This document shows, in pieces, positions 13,801-28,879 of a DNA stretch of 52,280 nt (within the stretch, counting starts at the first letter, position 1; each line of letters starts with the position of its first letter). The DNA comes from Callorhinchus milii (Eukaryota): assembly GCF_018977255.1 (NCBI RefSeq), contig NW_024705350.1, positions 1-52,280 of the forward strand, written 5' to 3'. The notes beneath the pieces were generated by a model. That model saw only the letters and a program-made list of their open reading frames with translations. It had not been told where the DNA came from and ran no database searches. Made by a program: the position numbers and the translations under genes.

Positions 13801-16800
13801 GAACGGCTGGAGTCTCGGAGAAGAGCTGTAAGCAACGGTACCCGCCTGACCGGCGGGAAATCGGTTCAACTAACGCTGCGTCTGTCAGATTTGTATGTTT
13901 CGTAACATCGTCAATTCGCAGCTACATCGAAGCGATCTACCTGCGTGGGTCACCAAGCACTGATACGGTGGTCACCCCTATACGACAGTCCGATGTTGAT
14001 TAGAAATTGTCGAGTATAATTATACTTCCCCCCCCAGGCTCTTTCTACACGCTACGGAACGTTCTAGGCAGTTGTCGAGCTAGGAAGTCTTCCCTACCGA
14101 CTGAGGTGCCTTTCGGTTAAACGTGTCGTATACTAAGGGCGCACACACAACACGCCAGATTGCAACGGAACTTCTAGCAAGGGGCATACTCCACGCGGGG
14201 ATTCGAATGTAACTATGCCGTCGATTAGAATTCGTACGGGTTGTAGGGCCCCATGAGTACACCACTGCATCTTGAAAGGGCGAAACCACAATTACTGGGC
14301 CTTGCGGGCCTTCGGTCTGGCTGATGGTTATAATCGATGCATCGAGTGATGTATACAAATCGGGATCAAGTTCCGGTCTCGTCGCGAACAGGGGTGCGCA
14401 TCGATGGGGGCCGAGTTCCCGTGTTGTGATACAGCGGCAAGCGCTTTCTATTGACTCCGGTAATCTGTCAAAGTATGTCCATAGCGGGAAACGCAAATCA
14501 CTAAGTAGATTGTGAGAGACAATGAGGATGCGGCAGGGCTGTCTTACCTATTGTCGGACTCACAAAAACACGTGAGGCCGATTAAAGTCGCGGGGGCGAC
14601 GCTCCGAGGGACTGAGAACCCTTGGGTCGCAGAACTCTAACAACTTAGGTGTACGAACTTTGTTACCCATCTTCTTACCGGTTCAACATTGCGGGTCGAG
14701 TCGTTGAGTGTAACTAGGTTGTCCGCAATACTATATGTAGCAACACACTTGGACATTAATCCGTTAAATATGGATTGCAAACCCTGAGTTAATATTAGTA
14801 TGAAGTGTAATTACACTCGAACTAGCAAGGCAGTTGAATTATTTTTTCCTGCTATTCGCCGATTGTAAATTTAATGGTGAGCGTGCCACTTCAAAAATGG
14901 ATGGGTAAGTCTTGCAGGAGCGATTGAACGGAATAACGGGACCGTAGTACTAAAAGCCGCTAGCACAGATCCTAGTACGATCAGAAGGCTTCTTAATGGT
15001 TTCATATTGAATATACGGCAACCGCCTCGAGCCATGTTGTGTTCTGGTTGACGCACCATACGGCCATTCGGACGTAGTACTGATCTGCGTAGTTTCTAAT
15101 CAAGACAGACTTGACTTTTCACGGTAGGCTCGGATTACTGCTTACTAACTGGTATCACCGTTTGTCCCCATTTCGCGCTGGCTAGAGTAGCATTCCTATG
15201 TAAGCCTCCACGTACTCTGGCAGACACTCCCAACAGTATCTGCGTGTAGGCCGAGCGAATGCCCTTAGGTTATTTTTAGAGCTATAGTCTACTATATTTT
15301 AGCAGCTTACTTTCAGGGAAGAGATTGGAAGCCATGATGTTGCTTCGCAACTAGGAGTACCATCACAGCTGTTATGAACATTTATGGCGCTATGCTTGTC
15401 GGCGTTTATAGTAACAAGTGAAATTTCAAAAGATCCTATGTCCAAGTAGGGGCGCATCGTTGTTAACAAAGGAGCCTCACTTACAAGCGGCTTTTCTTCC
15501 AGTCTTTAAATGTCTGCATTAGACCGGTATTATGGTAATGACCGACCTCCACACCCCAATCTCGACAATCAGAGTGAATAGTCATCCATACGAGAAGTCC
15601 ATTACTGGGTTTTTACTTGGATGATATATGGCGTATAGATGAGGCATGTTAAAGTCTTGGGGGGCTTAGGTAGCAGACTACGTAGTTGTCGGTGGCCGCA
15701 ATCGTGCCCGCAACTAGGCTTACCAGGTAAGTATATCGACTTTTGCCAATCGACGAACGGGATTGGTGTTAAAATTTTTCCTCCGGGTGTACAAACCCGT
15801 AGGGTTGGAGTTGAGGGCCAGTGTATCGGTCCGATGTATCCAGGCATTCACCACGGTCAGAGCCGCCATATAGTCTGCGAAATTTCACGCTCTCCCTATC
15901 GGTATGGCATAACAGGTCTAGTGTCCGCAAAAATCAGAATTGACTCGAGATCACTATGTGTGCTTGGCCCGGTATTGCCAAACATCGGCAGGACTATCTA
16001 GTGGCTATCTGTAACGAAATCTTAACGACGTGATTCTCCGTTCGCCATTGGTACAGGATTGCGTCGTGGACGGCCTTAGACCTGGCCCATCCGCGGGGAG
16101 CGTAGCGTTTACGGATGCCGTCCACCAAGCATTGGGGAATCCGGACCTTGTATCTGCCATGAACGAGTAGACCTCCATAAAAGATGCTTGACAAGCCGCT
16201 TTTTGTTGTTGAGCCTCGTCTAAATGTGAAAGGCGATTCGCTGAACTCGAGTCGTCACGAATGAGGCAGTAGTCTACGAAGCGGGCCCAGAATTACTAGC
16301 TGGAAAGGTCCCAAAGGCGCAGGGCTATTCGACCACACCTCTAAGGTTATGCTTAGCGATACAGCTGGGGTCGCCGCTCACCCTGTATGACGAGTGTTGA
16401 GGAGTTTAAGACGAACTTTATTCCGAAGAAAGTAGAAGTCCCGCGCCTGACGGAAGTGCCGGGGCCTACTAAGAGCTTATTGAGGAAGCCGGTCCGATAA
16501 GAACGTTAGAAAGCTCAACACTGACTTAGAAGGGACGTCGTTTCGCAGCTCTTAACATGTACCGCCGATAATTCCAATGTTCAGGTCCCGTCGATCTCAC
16601 CGCTGAAGCATATACATCATTAGCCACAGCTATTATTAAGAGGTAGAAGGGAAGAGGCGTCTTATTAGGTGGCAACGGGCTCTTGCTGAAGCGCTGCACG
16701 CCAAAGATTGTGAGTCGCGTAAGTCACCGAACGGGGTTAATGGCTTATGTACCTCCTACGACTGTCAAATTGCGAAGTACTTTCCCCTCCCTGAAGTCCC

Positions 16801-19800
16801 ACGGTTGACTGTCAAAATTGCGTCAAAAAAGAGTCATATTCCCCGCGCATGATCACTCGCTCAAGGATGCGATTATGTCGGAATCTAAAATGTACTCCTG
16901 TGCAATAATAGACCGGGGCACTGTCCGATATTCGTTGAATGAGTAGCGACATAATAATGCTCTGATTGCCGAGAACCGCCTTGCAACCGCGCGTCGGTTT
17001 TTGCCGACTTATCCACATGATGACATGGTTCGGTTAGTAAGTTTGCGTACGATACCTTCGCACCAGTCATATCTGTCCTAGCCAACGTGGCTACCGCACT
17101 GCTGTGCCGGAATATCTTCGTGGTCTTGGGCTACGAGCCCAGATTTTTGAAAAAGGACCTGAGTACTAGTATACTATGCGTAGCTGCCGCAGGCATCTAG
17201 ACAGGGTCATGACTGGTCGAAGTAACTTCGCATAGTCCCCTGGTGTTGGCTGCCAGACATCAGCGATCTTAACTGGCAACGAATTGTGTTTTACTAACCG
17301 ATGGGAAAACATCAACACGTCTCTGTCACTCCATATCAGGCAAGAGATCGAACATGTTACTCCTCTCACAATCGCCAGACAGGCATTTTCCACCTAGGCG
17401 CAACTCTATCTGTAAGGTGATGCCATTCGCACGATGCCAGGGACATGTGCGTATCGACATCGGTACTGCGTCTATACTTCTACTACATCTATTCAGCGTA
17501 CAGTCTAACGATGAGTAAGATAACCCAACTCGCAAGTACTTACTACTGTCGCGGCGATGAATACTTCACCTATAAAGAACGCCCACCCGGTTGATCGCCG
17601 AGATGCTAGCGACTTCCGCCAGGTAGAACGGGAGTGTTTAGTCATTTAGTTGCTCGACTGGTCGATTATTCAATACGCGCGTCATTTAGGATGACTGCTC
17701 AGGGTCAATTAAGGGAATTGAACGTTTGTGGCCACGCGCAGCGGTTGTGGCTAACAACTTCTGAAAAGACCTGCGGTCTAGGTTTCCACCCATATGTCGG
17801 TTAGCGACACTGAGTCGGGCTAAATTTCGGAAGTACTCGACACAGGACATCAACACGTATCTAAGACACTAGAGTAGATGTCAGAGTAAGTCGCTAGCGG
17901 CGCGTTCGCGGTTCCGTGCCTACCATACGCATGTCGATTATTCAAGTTTCCCCAATATTAAACATCAGCAAAAACATGACTGATATATTTGAATTACCCG
18001 GTATGTCGAATTCCGCTGTATGACTCTTATAGCGGGTGGAGGTCTCTCCGTTTATCGCGGAATACGGTCGCGTATCTGATATGATTTTCCTTTCCTAAGT
18101 GGGAAACGTTTGTAATCTCTTGGTCATACAAAAAGATTTGGGTACGATGACCCAATTGGCGGTCAGTCCGTAGGCTTTTGAGTAGATACCGGTGCTGATT
18201 TTTGCAACTAGGGTTCTTATGTACTCTGAGCTAACCACGCTGAGGCAAGACTGGATTTCAGTGAATGCGTTCGTTATCTATAGCTGCCCTTTAATAGAAC
18301 ATCAGAGTTTGGTAACCGGAACAGCGGCTTTCTTCCTTATACATCTAAGAATGTACAAATTCGCACTCATGCATAGTGTAGTTAAAACGTGATATTAATC
18401 TTCGAGACCTATAAGGGCGCAGGAAACAACTATGCCGAACTGAGTGACGCGATGAAAACTTGCGATGAAAACTGGAAGCGACTCGCCGTTCCGAAAGAGT
18501 CTAGTAATGCATGAAGCACGCGCGAGCTTCTATGCGATATCAATTCATTTTTGGGCATGAATCCACCATGTGGGCCACTTACTACCAGATGGTTGATCCG
18601 CCCTTTGTATGCCGGGGCCTTCTAGGGGTGCACCACGCCAGAAAGCGTTCCGATATGTTAGTTTGCTAACCCGTTCTGGTAAAAAATGGTCTAACCTTAA
18701 GTCCATCTGGCTGGATTGGGGAACGCGGTAAAGTAGAATGCTCCTAATCGGTACGATCTCCTGGCATAATGTTATTCAAACATTGTACGGAGTACTATGG
18801 CGTTATCTTAGCTCCTGTACTCTCAGCTCGCTATACCTAGCCGGGGAGGGCCAAAAAGTGTCTAAAACGGAGAACGTGTTCGGATCCAGCCTTTGTCGGG
18901 AAACAAAATCGCCGGACGGCATCACTCCTTGAGGCCGCTGCCGCGCTTGCTTGCGCTTAATCTCTTAAGGACTATGACCCTCCGCGCGCTTTCGTCTAAA
19001 GCCGCTCAACAGATCGGGTCTTGCGCCTTTCGGGTAGTATAAGGCACTGCCCTGCGGATTTCAAACATCAGATAGGTATCTCACTAAACGCTCGGTCATT
19101 TTCTCACCTGAACACCTTGTGGCCCCTTTAGGTTTGAATCCAGTGCGATGCATTAGGGTGGGTGTGGTAGAGACGGGGAATTGAAAACGCCCAAGTCGCG
19201 TATCCAACACACTAAACATTACACGGTCCCCTTCAAGTGGGTTGCGTCCAAGATTGCAGGCCAAAGTTCAAAGGAACTCGGTTCCTAAAACCTCACGCGC
19301 CTTACGACCAAGAGTCCGCGAAACTTGCCAGTGCCTTTGTGAGGGTTCAGTTGGCGTAGAAGAAATTGACTAGCCGTAAGGTTCCGCCGGGGTAGTAACA
19401 CACCTGAGTAGTTACGCGACTGGGGTCGGGTAACATCGGGTATACTGTAAATAAACGTCTAAGTTTGGGCCGGTGGGCAGTGATCTCGTTGCCCGTATAC
19501 TACGTTCGCAGGCGAGATGGTATTTTTCACGTCAACTGTCCAACTACCGTGACCTCGAGACTAGCCGGAATGGTTGGATGTCACGCACTTCTATCTTATC
19601 GTTAATGGAGGCATGGATCAGTGGTGCTCGCGTACATGGCAGCTGTAGGTCTACCATCGGGATAGTTGGCAAGCTGGATCTTTGCACGCTGGACGATCAT
19701 TGCACGTGTGCTGACCGGCATGCTTTTAGTGGAGGGGAACAGTAACGTTCTGTGAAATGCCCCCTCTGTTACACCTACAGCCGGCGCCGCGTAGCTTTTG

Positions 19801-22800
19801 TAATGAACTCCTGAATGCTCGGTCATCAGTCATCCCCAGCTCTTACTAGATGGGGAAGTCATACTGTGCCCTGAAGCTTCGTATTGATACTTTACCGCAC
19901 AACCATGGGTCCCCGTGATACCCAGTGATACGGTGCCTGTGGATTCTTATTGCTGCACAAGCTGTCTACAGTAAAAGGCTTAAGATTCACGATTAGCTAA
20001 ACATGGCTTAGGAAATCCTAACCTTGAGGACGACCTTATGGACGTTGTGATCCAAATTAATAATATGTAAAGCAGTTGGTCCATTGATTACATCCGTAAA
20101 CTCTTTACGTATAGGCGGGTGTCTCCAACCTTGTTGCGCTCTAATAGCGAGTCGGGCCGCGACGGTAAATGGGGAAATCAGGATTCTCAGTCTCTCTGAA
20201 ATTCTTCATATTCAATATAATCTTGAAAAGAGGAAATAACCCCTATGCCGTAGCACTTAGGCAATTCTCTTCGCGACGCACAGGAGACTTTTACTGCCGA
20301 GCTAGGAGTATTCGTTAACTTCGGAGGGTGTTGACGTTGATATGTTCGCTTACCGGAACGACATCGTGGCCGCCCCCTTTGAGACCGGAAGTACAATAGC
20401 TGCGGAATTCGTCTCCTAGATAAACACTCGGTGGTCCGGACAGGGACCTTCCGGGCGCGCCATATGCGGGGTTCCATCAAATCTACTTCATACACCGCGC
20501 CACCTGTTGTATACTGGGCGCTCGAAGTACGTTGCTTGACTCTCACACGCGTTCAATTGGTATAGAGGCGCCCACTCCATGCACACATGCAAAGAAAGGC
20601 AAACAGCGATTGTCGAGGACGGTGTATTTCTTAGGCCAGTTGAAACCTTGACGGTGTTTGTTCAGCATGGTATGCCACATATCGGCATAAACGGTACGAC
20701 CGCGATACGACACCTACTCGCGTCTCATTCTTAATAGACGGATTGGGAGCGTCCAATTAAGAGGGGTGGGGGTTGCTCTTGACCATGACAAATTGATACC
20801 CTGAATAGCCGAGGCCGGTTGGTCCTGATAATCTCGGGTTGGACCGCTCAAAAATGTCACAAATTAATACCGCCGGGAGCCGCCATAAATATTTCATCCG
20901 CTTCTCGTAGTTCGTACAAGAGCACAGGGTAGGTTAGAACACTGTGATCAGGCCAGCCCGAACGCAAAGGACAGCAGGTACATGGTGGTTCATCACCCTA
21001 CCAATACGTGCACTGGCCGATACCCCTCCCTCGGCAAGAGGAATTATAACATTAAGCGAATGACCGTTGCATACGTGTTTGCCGTAACCACAAGGCACGC
21101 TACAGATTACGAGAAACCAAGCAAGTATCGATTGATACCTCATATACAATCGAAGCACAGGCCACTGTTGGAATAATCAGTATCCTTTCAGATATGCGTT
21201 TCATTGTATACTATTGCAGCCTCTGTTGACCGCAGAGCTTCTCGATTTAATCACGGAATGCGGCTCAGATTTGCTAAAAGTGTGCTGCAGTTCCTACCGT
21301 AAGACCTCCGAATGTACGTTTGAGATTACGGAGACAGAAAGTCGTGAAGGTCGCATTGCTAGGTCTTCTGCATTGTGTAGGTTAAATCGGGGTAGATGAA
21401 GGGTTTGGGCTTCACGGGGGTAGTCGGTCTGACGATCCCCGCGTTATGGACAAGAGTGAAGACACACAGCTAAGCTGGTTAAACATCATTAGCTAGGACA
21501 CAGGTCGGGGGTAGGGCAAATGGTCATGTATATTCTACAAAGGGACAAACACTTATGCCGTACGAGGACTGTCTGTCACCTGGGACAGCCAGGTCCCGGG
21601 GATGGGTTGCTTGCCGACCCCAGAATTAGACACAACGCTATGCTTACCAGCCTCAGTCGAGACGAATCCAAAAGATACAGTGTCAACTAGGAGGTATCTA
21701 GATTGCCTTAATTGAGATGGTCTACTTTAATCAGATTCTAGCGCGAAATCCGCACACAGCTAAGTTTCGACATCTCAGATAAGCCCCCATCGTATAATAA
21801 CACCAAGACGTATGTCGCAGCTTTTAGGGGCCGATTCAACGTCTAACACAAGTGCGCTGTCGAACAGTCAGGATATCGGCAGACGATTAGCACGGTGACT
21901 ACACTAAATTTGGTGGCCGTCCGGGATATGGAATTGTTACTCCTAGGCTTCATCGTTGACCTTGGTGTAGGGTAGCGACGTAAGTAAGCTCGACCAGAAG
22001 TTCTGCTGACTAGGTCATGCGGTAGCGTGGATTAATCGCATTCGGACCTCCTTCGTGAAGAAGTCTGGCCAATTAGACCTAAAAGGTTGCTAGGCTCAAG
22101 TTTTTTAGAAAATTAACACGGCCTACTCTGATCTAAGGAGTCCTCAACTCAGGATAAACGGGCAACATCCAGGTGAGGAGAAAGAAATACTATTAACAAT
22201 TAACGGATGGATGAGCAGCTAAATCTCCCGAATTGTCGGAGTCGTAGTTGTGAGGTCCTTAAGAGAAACTGCGCCTTTTGCAAGCCAAGTTAGTAGCTTC
22301 AGGACTTATTCAATACGCCTGCATTGCAGCTCATTCCGAAATGTTGAAAACGTCTCATTAGTCCAAAGTCGGCAGCGAATCGACGCTGGAAACTTATCAC
22401 TACGGGATCTTTAAGAGTAGCCCGAATGCGATCTAGACGTTGAACTGACTACCCTAAGTATATGAGAAAGACCCCCCGTGTGTGGAATTTTAAGTTCTCT
22501 GCCGATATACATCGGCGGGAAGATACCGGAGTTACTTGCAGCCTCAGGGGGACCCACGACGCTCTGGGAAGTATGCTGACTTTAAGCTCCTTAGGTCGAG
22601 TTAATGTCCTATTAGCTATATCGAGAACCACGTCATGCTAGTCCCTAAAAGGTGGCAAACATACACACCCTCTTTCCATTACAAAGTGTAGAACGCACTT
22701 GCCCCCGATATACGAAGAGGTCAGTACACCTCGAAATCGACCTGGTGACTCATTTGGCTCAAATGGGCATGGATACCTAGATCTGTGCTTCGGTGACTCA

Positions 22801-25800
22801 GTTCGTCTAACGGTAGGTCCTACCAGCCGACGCTTCCCGCCATAAGGTGTCGGGAGATATGCATCCCACATACTAAGTTCCAGATTCTGTGCGACTACTC
22901 ACGAGAGCCAGGTGGCCATGAGGGAAACCGTTAACGGCGTTGAGTGGGCGCGGACTCCTGTGCTCGCTCTATTCCAATTAAGCTAGCTGGTTCTGATCGC
23001 AATCGCTTGGACTCGTACAACAAATCCTCTGTAAGGGAACTTGTACGTATTGGTTCATCGGCACGGTTGTATAGGCCGGAATGGGCCTACACGCATCCAC
23101 TAGCGGATCTGTATTTTCACTCCGAGTCCGGCGGTTTCGTTCCCAAATGCAGTGGTCAGATGAGTTGAACTCATCGTCCGTCCGGACCGTGCCGCTATAA
23201 TTCCACATTTGTGCCTGGCATGCTCTGCCTAATTTCACGGGAAAGACCCCTATAACCTAGGTTCAGCTCTGCCCCAAGTGGCTGATCCCGCGTACTAGCT
23301 GCAAGCGAGTAACACTTCATATCCATTGTATGTGACAGTCGCCCGATATCTGCTACACTGAGTGCGCCCGGGTATAGCTGATGACACATAATCACAGGAA
23401 TACGTTATCAGGAAGAGTAAGGGAGAGCCGAAATCTGTATACCCCCTGGCGGTTACCGCGTAATTTTGAATAATTAAGAAGTCTGTTCCCACTTGCGTGA
23501 TGATGGTGATGGGAGATGCCAGTAGCTCATCATCAACACCGATCTCATGCTTTTTTTGGATGAGGTGTTAAGACGGTTTTACCGAACAGGTTACAGGATA
23601 TCCGGCGGCGTAACACTCACGCGGCACTCCCGTTCACGCCCTCTAGAGGTTTAAACTGAGCTCCAGTCGAAGAAATAACAGACGGGATACGAGCATATAT
23701 TGCTATGCTATAGCTTGCCAGGCCTACTTCTCCAGTGGTGCTTAAATGCGCGTCGCCGTCGAAAACGAGGGAAGACGGGGGGTAATGTTAGACATTAATG
23801 CTATAGTGTAGCCGCAATAACCAGATGATACTTAAACGTAAAAATGAAGAACGAGGTACGTATAGCTGTGAACGCACGGTGATGAGCTATTCTATCGGGT
23901 TATACGTGGCGCGTCTCCATAGAGCACACCAATATCAGGGGATATACAAGACCGGGCGGAAGATGAATAGATTACGATAAGGGAAAAGGGCGGTCATCTG
24001 TGAACGTTTAAGTGCAACCGTCGGACACAGGCTCGTTTCTCCAAATTTGCATACTGACATATAGCCGATGCGGCAGCCTACATTTATTATCCCTCCTAAG
24101 CAACTACTGCGTCCGAATAAAAACCTTATTGATCAGGATGTAGTACAAAGGCGGCAACCTTGATCTCGTACGAGACTTTGAGCTTTGGCGAGCCTTTTAG
24201 CAGTCTTCTAGGAACACGTTCTATCTGTACTCTAACGCAAAATTCCGAGATCGCCTCTTCTGAGTTCGGTGTATCGCATCTCCCTCAGCATGAACGGGCA
24301 ACTTCTCCAATGGCTGTAACCCCGTTCGGCCCCTTTTCACCCACGCACATTTACACCGTACTAAAACGAAGAGACTTTAGCACCGAATGTCCAGTTAACA
24401 TGTAACCCGTTGACAGACCTATGCCGCAAATCCTCATATAGTGTCAGTCACGGGGTCTCACTGAATTAGTGTGTTGCCCACTTTAAGGAAACATCAAGAC
24501 ACCTAATTCGAGGTGATGCGCCTCAGGAGATACTTGCTCTGGCGATTTGTGCGCATATCGACTATGCCCATATCACACCTTTGACTAAGGCAGATAAAGG
24601 CGGCGGCTGTCAAGTGAAACGTGACGAGTGTCTGGTTTAGTTCTTTGATAGTCATAACAGCAAATCCGGTCCTCTGACTCGGCTGTTATGTACTCACCCG
24701 ACCGCCTTGGCTTTAAGCGGACGTAGCAGACCGCTATAATAGGTCACATAGCTAGAGACGGCACTCCTACTAGCTTTATAGTTGGTGAATGTTTCGGCGG
24801 TAGGATGGACGAGCGGGTTGCCGACTTAGGCTGCACATTACTCCGTCAATTCGCATATATCCTTTCGAATAATCATAAAGCTGGGAAAGCGAAAGACGGG
24901 GCACTGCCTGTATGGGGTCCATAGATACAATATTTCACGAGTTCCCACGAGCACCTCTGCATAGCCGTGGGTGACACGCGTGAGAAATAGGCGAGCTAGC
25001 GAAACGATGTGAAATAACGACAACTGACAGATAAACACGGATACCCTGTCCGACGGTGGATGCTACAGCCGGCGGAAGGAGCCAATCCCCCCCCTTCCCG
25101 ACATTTGTCATGTGGCCTAGGGCCCTCCTTTCCTGGGCTATTCTGGAGTAATTGCCTGTGCTACAAACTGGCAGTCGGAAGGTACCCCCTCCGCTTACAC
25201 TACTAGGTTGTAGTCCCAGCGGGCAGTCACATCACGCACAACCAACCTCTAGTAGGCCAAGTCTTGCCTCCATAGTACTACGGGGGACATACATACCCTA
25301 ACCGAGCCGCTATGAAACCAACTGAGAGTATGCCGCGTCCTTTCTAAAATAAAGCAGCGCTCGCAGCTCATATACTCACTGACTCGAAGAGGATCCCATA
25401 CGAAGTAGAATTGATATCACACCTCCTTAACTTTTGCTGGGTAACTAGAACGAGTTCAAATTCCTTTAGATAATCTGCCGATCATACCACATATTAATGA
25501 TACATGCCTCCGACTTTCGTATAATTAGCGGCCTATGGAACGCATCGGAGTTAGCCTGGGTAAGGTACCTGTCTAGTAGAGAGGGTTCCCACTATCACAC
25601 CGACGTTAATGGAACAAGCTATGTGCATGATTGCTGGCAAAGTTAAAAAGAAACTCAATGATCTAAACTGGATCCGGTTAATGGCCGTTATCACTTACAG
25701 TAAGTGTTCACGGGCAATCCCAATGAGTGATTCTTCCCTGAAGAGTGTGATACAGAAGAGGATGCCTCCGGTCCATCGTACTCTTACTCTTTCGCCGTGG

Positions 25801-27620
25801 GAGACTCATTGGAAGAACAAGGAGTGGACGTATCTTTTCTTTACTCCACGCTTAAATACCAGGTGGAGTGCTTCCGGATCTCTACTATATCCAGCACGAT
25901 CGGAAGACTGGACATAAATTGTGGCAGCAGGGCGCCCGAAGGTTGGTGCTACTTGAGTGACGAAGGGTCGGCATACCTGTCTTTTACCTAAATCCCGGAT
26001 TCCCAGCTATTACTTTACCTTTATTATAGCCTGGTTGCTAGCACTATTTTCCTACAAACGCCCGCTTTGAGTAGTACATTAAACGGTACGCAAATAGCGC
26101 TGCTATTTGTTGCGTTACAAATGACAATATCGTCTAACGTTATGATCTCTCGAATAATTCCCTGTTGAGCTAACCTCCTGTGAGCTACATATGGAGCTAG
26201 TCCGATGGGGCCACGTCGTTTTGGTGTCTATCCCGTAGCCCGTGTGCAGTGTATGATGGCCCTCCAGCTTCAGCCACACCGGTGAAGGTTCCTCACTATA
26301 CAAATGCCGACGTTCGAGAACTTTGAGTTACGTCGGTCGAAAGCCGGCAACATTTTTCGAGGGACACAGGAGAATGCAAAGAAGGACGTATCTGTTGTCC
26401 AACGGACATAGTGCCTACCACTCTTTAGAGCCGGGGTCTTCGAGGATTGTATACGGTGGAGATGGGATAAGTGACGGCGGATCGATTGAATTCTGAGACT
26501 GTGTGGGCTTCATTAATCAGATCGTGCATCGGCATATAGGAGTAGGGACCATTACAAGAACCGGTGGCGTGAGAAAGTGTGTTTTCGTCTACTATCCTAC
26601 GGCCAACAAGAATTCTCCATAGCGTTCTAACTCCACTTCCACCAATTGTTAACATAGTATATACAAAGCTACCCCCGTTCAATAAAGTAACCAGGTTTGA
26701 AGGTCTACAAGAGTGCGGTAAATTCAGACGGACTAGACGTCATATCCACTCTGGCTGAAAATCAAAGTCGGTGGTTATGTCTGATTCACTGGGGCCCCTC
26801 GCGTCCATGGCAGCCAGGGTGGACGCAGTACGGAGGGAAACGACCGCCATCGTTTTATTACTGTTTTGAACCGAATTAGTAGTTGTCAACACGCAATGCC
26901 ATAGGTGCGCCCTGCCTCAACAGGAACGGGGTTACTATGTGGAGACTGATTCCAGGTTTGGAGTATCGATCTTAGTCCTATCTCTAAATTATAAGGTGAA
27001 ACGTTCCAATTAATGAGAGCACGCTTTACTCTCAGTCCATAGAACGGTAGACAAGCCATCGACCCGTATTGACGAGCTGTATCCAGTTCTTCACAAGTAT
27101 GGCTATTAACAAATGGCCTATGCGCAATTCACTCTATACACACTCCGTTTTGAGACGCAGGTCGCTAACTTAGGTATGTCAGAATCTCTTTAGCAGTCTG
27201 CAAGCTACACTTTGCAGAGATCGCGGCGACCACAGTCGACACCGGACTAACTTGATTGATAGACCCGATTAGCACGGGCTTTGGGGGATAACGGGTAATA
27301 GACGATACACCGAGTGCTGTCTCAGTGAGGAGGATCCGTGGGCGGGCATAGGTCCCCAGCTATTTCACACGATGGCAGGCCATCGTCCTCGAGACGAGTA
27401 GGGGCAAAGCATGTTAAGCGACGGCGAGTCAAACACATATCCCATGAACAGGGGCAGCCTTGCAGCGTAAGAAGTATAGTACTAGTCTTCTTCTAGGAAC
27501 GCAGATGGCGACGGTGGTACATCGGGTCTTTACTTAAAGTCTCCATCATACAGGGAACCGCCTGTTGCTCGCTTACGTTCCTTTGGAGTGGCAGGTAGGA
27601 ACTTGGTTGGACAGCGCATT
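1840..27620. other. Featureless random-like block, probably shuffled or synthetic (boundaries approximate)
   Basis: By eye: even base use and frequent CG and TA dinucleotides. None of the SINE/MITE families that recur every 1-2 kb after 27.6 kb appear here. No long homopolymers or microsatellites. Longest ORF is 138 aa with no recognisable motif. Confidence 0.8.
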
Positions 27621-28144
27621 CGTTCACGACAGAAAGCTCGCGGTCACGTGACGCACTTCAACCAAAAGCGTGCTTATTTCAATGTACTTCTGACAGGTAA
27701 TTTTAAGAGGCGTAAAGCGACTTGACTATGTAACATGTTCAGTTTGCATTTTCCCCGCATCTAACATCCAATGTTGGAAGTCCCTAAAAACTGCCATGTT
27801 CACCGACCGAACGTGTAATGTTCTATAATTTGTATAAAAAAAACCCAGTCAATTGAAGCTGCATTGCTATTTACTGGCATTGCTTTTTAGCATTTCCCAT
27901 CTTTCCCTACATTTTACACAATGTGATGGGTGGCAACTGCTCTCATCGGCAATTCGCTTATCCACAAACCGGTCGGTCCGCGTGAATACGAGGGGATACA
28001 AATTGCAGGCGTCCTTTATTATTGGCGAAAACGTTTTCATTTGCCGATCAAATCAGTGTTACGTAATAACGTATTCCCTATTTTCTTCGTTTGGTTAATG
28101 TTTACTTCAATATAGGATGATTCCGAGTCCTGCTATTTATTAAA

Positions 28145-28308
28145 GGAGCACCACGATGGCGAGATGTCACCTTGCTCGCCTGGTGTGCAGGAGGTCGGGG
28201 TTCCATCGTAACCCCGACGCCTGCTGCTGTGTATTTGGAGTTCGCATGTTCTCCCCGTGGTCGCGTGGATTTTTTCTTCGTCTCCTCCGGGTTTTCCATC
28301 CACATTTA
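28145..28308 (+). mobile_element. V-SINE-like tRNA-derived SINE, head and V domain
   Basis: A-box-like TGGCGAGATG; TTTGGAGTTCGCATGTTCTCCCCGTGGTCGCGTGGATTTT...CTCCGG core shared with at least six copies. Confidence 0.8.
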
Positions 28309-28430
28309 TGAACATGCATTGAGATTATTTAGATTTCGATTATTTACATTTATATTATTTTATTATGTTCTATTTTTATTATTTTATTATTTCTCTTCTA
28401 CGTGACTTTACCGAAAGAACCAAGAGGAAT

Positions 28431-28879
28431 ATTTAGATTATTTTGGTGCTATAAATGTCCAAATGATGGGCCACTTTGTTGATCCATCATTTTGTCCAGG
28501 CCGCTTCTGAAATATAAGTTAATACCTCCTCAGTGGGCTTTGCCTGGTAGGATGGGGATGGCTGAGTTGTATTTGGGTGATGTGTTTACCTTTCACTCTT
28601 GATTTGAAGCTTTCGTGACTGCAGGAATCCATACTCTTTGGTTCTTTCGGTAAAGTCACGTAGGTAGAAAAAATAATAGATCACGATGTTTCGATCGCCG
28701 CACAAGCGATCGTCCTGAGGACTTTACCGAAAGAACCAATCGTTTTTTTTTACCTTTCTTGTACTTTGCACGACTATCATGTTTTTGTACTATTGTAATG
28801 CTCTTACCCGCCCCAACCGGACATTTTAAAAACAAAAAGAGCTTTATCGATCATCGGATTCCTCCAGTATGAATATTCG
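28431..28879 (+). repeat. Family C copy interrupted by a family B insert
   Basis: Colinear with 45495-45799 on both sides of 28597-28748. Confidence 0.8.
28597..28748 (-). mobile_element. Short non-autonomous PLE-like insert (family B) with hammerhead-like motif and internal inversion
   Basis: Interrupts a family C repeat and is flanked by TTTACCTTTC duplicates (28585-28594, 28749-28758). Minus strand reads CTCAGGA-C-GATCGC-TTGTGCG-GCGATC-GAAACATC. A 20-bp inverted repeat spans 28638-28657 and 28720-28739. Confidence 0.7.

Noticed and set aside
14080..14496. Longest ORF (138 aa) in the featureless block, and other ORFs there
   Set aside because: Non-ATG start, no recognisable domain, no splice or gene context.
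18449..18473. Tandem GCGATGAAAACT x2
   Set aside because: Only two copies of a 12-mer, isolated in a 26-kb random-like block; compatible with chance and not CRISPR-like.
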